Source: Eimeria praecox (lineage: Eukaryota). Taken from it: a DNA stretch of 64,000 nt. The DNA lies in contig OY986950.1 of assembly GCA_963920595.1 (NCBI GenBank), forward strand, positions 4,650,001-4,714,000, in the 5' to 3' direction. Every line of letters starts with the position of its first letter. Position 1 is the stretch's first letter. A model generated the notes under the pieces. It was not told the origin of the DNA and made no database searches. It saw nothing but the letters and a program-made list of their open reading frames with translations. Positions 52,790 through 64,000 of this stretch are shown here, piece by piece. The position numbers and the translations under genes are program-made.

Positions 52790-54205
52790 GCTCAGTGACC
52801 TCACCCCAGCCGCCCTCCAACTTGGAAATGCCACTTATGCCCAACAACTCTTTCTTCGTCAAAGAAGGGCAGCCACAGAATGCTTTGAAGGCACTACGGA
52901 CTACGGAGTCAGTCGACGGAACCCCACGCAACATGCAGTTAAGAGAACGGGCCGAAAAGAGCAAGCGCCGAACTGACCGATCCGTGTTTAATCAACCCAG
53001 TGTTTATTCGCGTTCCTGTTAGTGATCAGGGGTTGCTACCGCCACTTGATGCAGAATGCGAGGTCAATCTGATAGGTGAAGCTACGGCGACGAGGTGCAG
53101 CATACCAGTCGATTACTTGGCGCAGCCTGCGCGACTACGCTTCGCAGGTGGCAGACAGGACACGACAATTCCCAAAGCAATGGACGTACAATGCGACCTT
53201 CTGGAACGAATCATAAAACCATGATGCGGGGGTATTGTGCTGGATCATTCCACCAATACACACTCCTATGTGACATGGCTTGCGTGTGAAGTTGTTGCAT
53301 GCGCTTGTACTTGCGCACAGGCGGGATACTGGGGGCGATCCATGTGCTTATAAGCTGCTTATGGAGCTAATGCATGCACCAAGAGGAAACGTTGGCGTGA
53401 AAGCATGTGGGGCTGCTTTGCAGCAACGGGTACAGCAAGGAGTGCTGAAACTCATACAAGGCCGTCTCTATTCCACATGAGCCACAAGCGTTTGTGCACC
53501 ACTGCCTGAGAGGCTCGGACACTAGGAAGAAGTACACTCCTTTTTGGAATTTTTTCTCTTGAGTATTGTAAGCCTACTTCAGCTGTCGACGATTGCTGCC
53601 AAGGCCGACGATTTGCTGCCATGTTCGAGTACTCTTGTTAGAAGTATGGCTTGGGCCTTTAATTTGATAGCGCCTGCTCTTTCAAAATTTAACAGCGCGT
53701 GAAAGGGAAGAGAAGCGCGGCTAGAAGGAACTCGTGAGCTCATAGCAGACGACGCCGCTGAGCTGCTTCGGCGGGTCTGATCCCATCTTCAACAATCCTT
53801 ACCGAAACATGGCATTGCCTGCCACAGTTTCTCTGCCCCGCCAGGAGCGTTCCGGTCGTAAAAGGGCGTGTAAAAGCCTAGCCCCAAGACTCTACGACTT
53901 GCTTGAATGTAAGTCGCCTGCCACTGACACTATCTTCAGGCATGGTGATTCGTGAACGACAGGATGTCCTGATGCCTAGGGACTGTAAATTTTGCGAAGA
54001 TCACAAGCGCATCTGGAGTAATTGGGAGCCCACTTTAGATGGCGAATTTGGGTTCAATATATCCACTTTTCTTGAGAGCCCTTGGGGTGATGCATGATGT
54101 TTTCCACCTTGTCTATTAGGTAGGGGCTCAACGCACTAAATGCGTGTCTAAAAGTGCGAAATTCTGTAGTTGAGCAGTACTTGCAGGGCAAGAAGCATGC
54201 AACCA

Positions 54206-54277
54206 TGCGTCAGCCGGGAGTCGAACCCGGGTCGCCTGCTTGGAAGGCAGGTATCCTAACCGTTGGACTACTAACGC
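54206..54277 (-). tRNA. tRNA-Gly(UCC) copy 11
   Basis: Identical to copy 1. Confidence 0.96.
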
Positions 54278-55693
54278 GCTCAGTGACCTCACCCCAGCCG
54301 CCCTCCAACTTGGAAATGCCACTTATGCCCAACAACTCTTTCTTCGTCAAAGAAGGGCAGCCACAGAATGCTTTGAAGGCACTACGGACTACGGAGTCAG
54401 TCGACGGAACCCCACGCAACATGCAGTTAAGAGAACGGGCCGAAAAGAGCAAGCGCCGAACTGACCGATCCGTGTTTAATCAACCCAGTGTTTATTCGCG
54501 TTCCTGTTAGTGATCAGGGGTTGCTACCGCCACTTGATGCAGAATGCGAGGTCAATCTGATAGGTGAAGCTACGGCGACGAGGTGCAGCATACCAGTCGA
54601 TTACTTGGCGCAGCCTGCGCGACTACGCTTCGCAGGTGGCAGACAGGACACGACAATTCCCAAAGCAATGGACGTACAATGCGACCTTCTGGAACGAATC
54701 ATAAAACCATGATGCGGGGGTATTGTGCTGGATCATTCCACCAATACACACTCCTATGTGACATGGCTTGCGTGTGAAGTTGTTGCATGCGCTTGTACTT
54801 GCGCACAGGCGGGATACTGGGGGCGATCCATGTGCTTATAAGCTGCTTATGGAGCTAATGCATGCACCAAGAGGAAACGTTGGCGTGAAAGCATGTGGGG
54901 CTGCTTTGCAGCAACGGGTACAGCAAGGAGTGCTGAAACTCATACAAGGCCGTCTCTATTCCACATGAGCCACAAGCGTTTGTGCACCACTGCCTGAGAG
55001 GCTCGGACACTAGGAAGAAGTACACTCCTTTTTGGAATTTTTTCTCTTGAGTATTGTAAGCCTACTTCAGCTGTCGACGATTGCTGCCAAGGCCGACGAT
55101 TTGCTGCCATGTTCGAGTACTCTTGTTAGAAGTATGGCTTGGACCTTTAATTTGATAGCGCCTGCTCTTTCAAAATTTAACAGCGCGTGAAAGGGAAGAG
55201 AAGCGCGGCTAGAAGGAACTCGTGAGCTCATAGCAGACGACGCCGCTGAGCTGCTTCGGCGGGTCTGATCCCATCTTCAACAATCCTTACCGAAACATGG
55301 CATTGCCTGCCACAGTTTCTCTGCCCCGCCAGGAGCGTTCCGGTCGTAAAAGGGCGTGTAAAAGCCTAGCCCCAAGACTCTACGACTTGCTTGAATGTAA
55401 GTCGCCTGCCACTGACACTATCTTCAGGCATGGTGATTCGTGAACGACAGGATGTCCTGATGCCTAGGGACTGTAAATTTTGCGAAGATCACAAGCGCAT
55501 CTGCAGTAATTGGGAGCCCACTTTAGATGGCGAATTTGGGTTCAATATATCCACTTTTCTTGAGAGCCCTTGGGGTGATGCATGATGTTTTCCACCTTGT
55601 CTATTAGGTAGGGGCTCAACGCACTAAATGCGTGTCTAAAAGTGCGAAATTCTGTAGTTGAGCAGTGCTTGCAGGGCAAGAAGCATGCAACAA

Positions 55694-55765
55694 TGCGTCA
55701 GCCGGGAGTCGAACCCGGGTCGCCTGCTTGGAAGGCAGGTATCCTAACCGTTGGACTACTAACGC
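55694..55765 (-). tRNA. tRNA-Gly(UCC) copy 12
   Basis: Identical to copy 1. Confidence 0.96.
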
Positions 55766-57716
55766 GCTCAGTGACCTCACCCCAGCCGCCCTCCAACTTG
55801 GAAATGCCACTTATGCCCAACAACTCTTTCTTCGTCAAAGAAGGGCAGCCACAGAATGCTTTGAAGGCACTACGGACTACGGAGTCAGTCGACGGAACCC
55901 CACGCAACATGCAGCTAAGAGAACGGGCCGAAAAGAGCAAGCGCCGAACTGACCGATCCGTGTTTAATCAACCCAGTGTTTATTCGCGTTCCTGTTAGTG
56001 ATCAGGGGTTGCTACCGCCACTTGATGCAGAATGCGAGTTAAACCTGACATGCAGGTTAGTTATGCTGGCGGTAGGCACCGGAGTATGACGACTACTTGG
56101 GCCTCTAGGTGTTGCGTTGACCTTTGCCTCAGCTGAGGATGGTATAGACGTAGTGTTCGTTAAGCGTTGAGCTCAGGTTTGAGAATATGTACTGTACTGC
56201 GTTTGAAGCTGATACGTGGACATTACTTATTCGCAGCCAGGTGCGTGAGGGTCAAGGTAGTTTACGCAATTATATTCTGTGTCACTGCATGCAGCAAACG
56301 GTGACCTGGGTACGCATGCACTTGAGATTGCCTTGAAGCAGGAGCTGCATTACGGTTTCCTCCAGGTACAGGCTGTCCGCAGCACCACGAGGCCTTTAGG
56401 CCGGTGTTATCAGAACTCCTGGAGAGCGGCGGGATGTAAACTGCCTTTCGTGAACTGTTATTCGTTGCTTATCGTGACTGCATTTTCGCTGAGTTTGGTT
56501 GTCAGTTAATGCCGCAGACTTCGATTATACCTACCGTCTACAGCAAGCAGCAGGCACACGCACTGCCAACAAAAACCGTTAGGCCTGACACAGAGGGCAG
56601 CAATACAGTAATATATTTGGTTCAATGCTGCAAATGCGAGACGATGAAACCTTCACTGCAGCTACCGTCACAGTGGAGGTGCAATCTTTTTCACTTGGGC
56701 GGGGCTTGATGGATACCTCAGCCTTAATGCGCTGCAACCCCTGACACAATGCTTCTAGTTTTTGATTATATAGCTGCAATGGAGATTTCGTTGTGAATAG
56801 TAGGGGTTAGACGCATGGCGCCGCCTTGTGTGCACACTCGGCAGTCTCCCGCAGCCCCCACGACAGCTACCCAGCAATATGCCAGTGGTTGGAAGTATGT
56901 GTACAGACAACGCAAATAGGGGTATACGAAGGGACATGATGCAGAAAATAACGGGCTAAAGGGTATTTAGAAGCTTAAAAATCAGATCTATCGAGATCTA
57001 CAGGGGGGGCAGGGCAGGAGGCCCCCCAGTGCACAACCCCCCCAAAGGAATCGGGTCAGATACACCCCGCGGTAACCCATCCCCTTTAGAGTCTGCATGC
57101 TCTTCTGTATTGCCTTCAAATATCTTTACTAGCGTTCAAGAACAGCAGAAAGATCTGGCAAAGGTGTATAGGTCTCCTTTTAAGTCTTTTGCAGGCGTCA
57201 GGGGCGCGCGGGGGTGCAACCGCCTGGCACCCTTTCTATGCCACGATTTCCCTCAGTGTCCTGTTTTTAGGCTTTTTTGCAGAAGACAATTGTCTTTTTT
57301 TTCGGGTTTTAACGTCGAGGTACTCCAATTGACTCTTTTTGAGCTCGCAGAGACCTTCTACAGCCCCCCATGACAGCGCGAGGAACGGACGACCAGACCC
57401 TTTATGGAATGCCAGTTCATAAGGAAATATCTTAACTTGCGAAATATATTTCTATTCATAAGCCCATTCTGCTTTTTTTGAATGGTATAGGCGCATGTGC
57501 TGTCTCGTCACTATCGGTCAGGCATCGCTGCTGGTGCCTGAGCCGACGACGCCGAGGCGGTCGGGCTGACATGAGGCAGTTTGGGGCGAAACGGGATTTC
57601 CCGCTGGAAATATAAGGTATACTTGATTGAAGATTGGAATTAAAGACCCCCTTGGTCTTTCAAAAAGGTCCAAGGGGGCTTAGATAGCGGGTGTGTGTAA
57701 CAGATAGACGCCCGCC

Positions 57717-57732
57717 AGGTGTACGTACACCT
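57717..57732. promoter_or_regulatory. Perfect 16-bp palindrome AGGTGTACGTACACCT ~300 bp upstream of the MAPK2 ATG
   Basis: Palindrome seen directly; a regulatory role is inferred only. Confidence 0.3.
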
Positions 57733-58032
57733 CGTGGTGTTGGTGTTGTTCAACTGGACCAGTCGGACTCCTTCACTGACATCCTGCAGGAGGGAATAAG
57801 ACTGCTAGAGGAGCTGGACTTCGGCTTTTCTAGCTTTCATCGGCTCGTGGGTCTCATTCCATCTCTGCTTTCGCTTTCGATGTACAGGCGTCCTAATTTT
57901 AACTCTTTTCCGTTCCCACAAATTCAGCAGAGTACCGGTCGTTCCTGCGTTGTGGCCATGTTGTTGTAGTGGTCTTCCAAGATTTCAAACATAGCAGCTC
58001 GTAGCATTGTTAATTATTTACAGTTTTTTGTA

Positions 58033-62096
<4,064 letters not shown>

Positions 62097-63304
62097 AACT
62101 CAATCCGCTGATGCAACAGCGCAGATTAGTGCTTCTGCTGTTGTTGTGTCTTCTGAAACAGCAGCAGCAGCAACAGCAGCAGAAGCTCTCGTGGGATTTT
62201 CAGCTGCAGCGTGGGGATGTGTTTGGAAGTGTGGGTAGGTAGCTGGTGAAAGGCAGAGGACGGGAAAATGCAAGAAAGATGTGCACGAATCTGGCCGCCC
62301 AGTTTATTTCTCTTTGCATTTTTCGCATGTAGTAGCCAAAGGAAAAGGGAAAAGCGGCGAAGAGGAAGGCTGTTGCTGCCTACGGCTTGCTGTGGTGGCG
62401 TTGTTCTTGTGGGTCTCAGTCTCGCACATGCTCACCGAATGACATTCATTATGCAACGCGCATTTCTTCCATATTTGTGCTGCCATTTACTTCGCTGGGG
62501 CAGCTTAGGTATTTCATCTGCATTTTCCAGCCGTCTTCTCTTTTTCTCAGTGGGAATTCGTTGTTCGGAACGCAATATGTGTATCTCACTCCAGCATCGC
62601 CCTCCTGCTGCTGCTGCTGCTGCTTTTGCTGCCGCTGCTGCTGCAGCAGCAGCGGCAGCAAAAGCAGCAGCTTTCCCCAATTCGTTCTGAAGGCCACTGA
62701 GCACTCGTTGTGCTTTTTGTTGCCTGCCTAAGACAATGCCCGAAACTCGGACTCTTTCCCGAACGCGCTGTGAGCAGCTGAGGTGTATAGAACGCTTTTG
62801 GGCAACATGCCCTTCGGTATTTGTTGCTGCCGTTTGCCGTATGAGTAAAGCTCCGGCGCAAACAAAAGGAAGCAGATTTTCTTCTCTTAATGCGGGCAAC
62901 TAAATCCTAGAATAGCTAGACTTTGAGGAAGGGCTCTGTTATGGCTGGCTGAACAGTAGTTATCAGCTACACCTGCTGCTACTTTATCGAGTAACGTAGG
63001 ATCACTGACAGGCAGCAAATTAAAAGGTTCGTGCCGGAAGAAGAGACAGTTGTCACCAGCGGCCGGACTAGCGGGCTGCGCTGCACATACGCAGCCCGTG
63101 CAGTGAACGCACACAGCGATACGCTGCGATATGCATCTCATTGCTGTGTTGCTGAATGCAGAGTGCGCCATTCTTGAGCACACCGGCATACTAATTCGTG
63201 CTTCATGTGCGTGCACATGCGCATATGGACAACAGTGAGAACTGTCAGTTCTGGAGGCCGTTTAAAATAGCTAAAGCACTAAAGCAATTTGAATTATTTC
63301 ATCT

Positions 63305-63893
63305 TCACTTCATCGCCCGCGATATCCCGGTTGCAATGCCCAGACTTCCCAAGAAGGTCAGAATGCAAAGACCAATGGTCCCCACCACCCGAACAAAAAC
63401 GTCTTTCCCTGGCAGCTTTCCCATTTCAGGTACAGGGAAATATGCAACTTCTGGCATTTCACTGAGGTAGTTGAACTGGTCGATCTGAGGGAAGAGGACA
63501 GAAAAGCCACAACGATTGTGAAGGTCAATGAATTATACGTTGCGGAGCTTTTTCCCTTACCTAAGGGATATTTGATTCGTGCTAGCAGTTTTTTCGATTT
63601 AAGTTTTCACAACTTATTTGCGAGCATCCATGTACATGAACAGGATGAAATTACGAGCTGCTACGGCGGCTTACGGTGGATCGCTCTGGTCTGCTCTTCA
63701 ACGATTGCTTGTGCTCATAAAGGGTTTCTCCGCTGTCTCCATCTATGAACTTAGTTATAAGTCCCTCGGCTGTCATCTCAAAGAGACAGAACCCCTTCTC
63801 GCCACTGAAAAACTTAGATCCTGAAGCTGTCACGAGGGAAGAGCTGCCCGAGAGAGAACCCGTACCACAGTTGATGTAGGAGATGTCGTCCTC
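63305..63893 (-). CDS. GAP50: Glideosome-associated protein 50, last two exons (5' part outside the window)
   Basis: Exon 63893-63675 (ISYINCGTGS...FFSGEKGFCLFEMTAEGLITKFIDGDSGETLYEHK) and exon 63484-63305 (KDVFVRVVGTIGLCIL...SRAMK*) match the GAP50 C-terminus and TM helix as I recall it. Confidence 0.9.
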
Positions 63894-64000
63894 CTGCACA
63901 AGCCCAAACAAAAGAAATAAGTAGCAACTGAAAGATAATAAACATGCTTCACACACAACTCTTGACACGAGCAAATGGATCTTTCCCATAGAAAACAAAG

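Larger units (their letters stand above)
38354..56038. repeat. Tandem array of ~12 units of ~1487 bp, each with one tRNA-Gly gene
   Basis: tRNA-to-tRNA spacings are 1522, 1486, 1487, 1486, 1488, 1488, 1488, 1488, 1486, 1488 and 1488 bp. Units differ by scattered SNPs, 1-bp indels and one 36-bp duplication. Confidence 0.98.

Noticed and set aside
38369..55998. Recurrent 60-118 aa ORFs in each array unit
   Set aside because: Short, mostly non-ATG starts. Some overlap the tRNA and others are frameshifted between units; no recognisable motifs.
38354..56038. Array as CRISPR, rDNA/5S repeat or tRNA-derived SINE
   Set aside because: Eukaryotic DNA with no repeat-spacer structure and no rRNA sequence recognised. 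The tRNA is intact, and there is no poly-A tail or TSD.

Overview
Eukaryotic, intron-rich DNA with the hallmarks of an Eimeria-type coccidian chromosome: (CAG)n microsatellites, interstitial TTTAGGG heptamers and TGCATGCA. About 1-23 kb is repeat-rich and 23-64 kb is repeat-poor. Most long poly-L/C/S/A ORFs in the track are repeat artefacts. Manual splicing gives these genes: an F-box/WD40-like gene (3' end runs off the window), a TRF-like telobox-Myb gene, a GSKIP-like gene, tubulin cofactor B (with a GC-AG intron), tRNA-Ser(UGA), U4 snRNA, a ~1100-aa hypothetical gene, a ppGalNAc-transferase, a membrane J-domain gene, the alveolate MAPK2 (TGH activation loop) and the 3' end of GAP50. Two structures stand out. 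(1) The TRF-like gene has its Myb domain split over three small exons that the ORF track misses; its last three introns, stop codon, 3' flank and upstream region carry the telomere repeat it should bind. (2) A ~17.7-kb homogenised tandem array has 12 units of ~1487 bp, each carrying one tRNA-Gly(UCC) gene. All gene models were assembled by eye; no database search was run.
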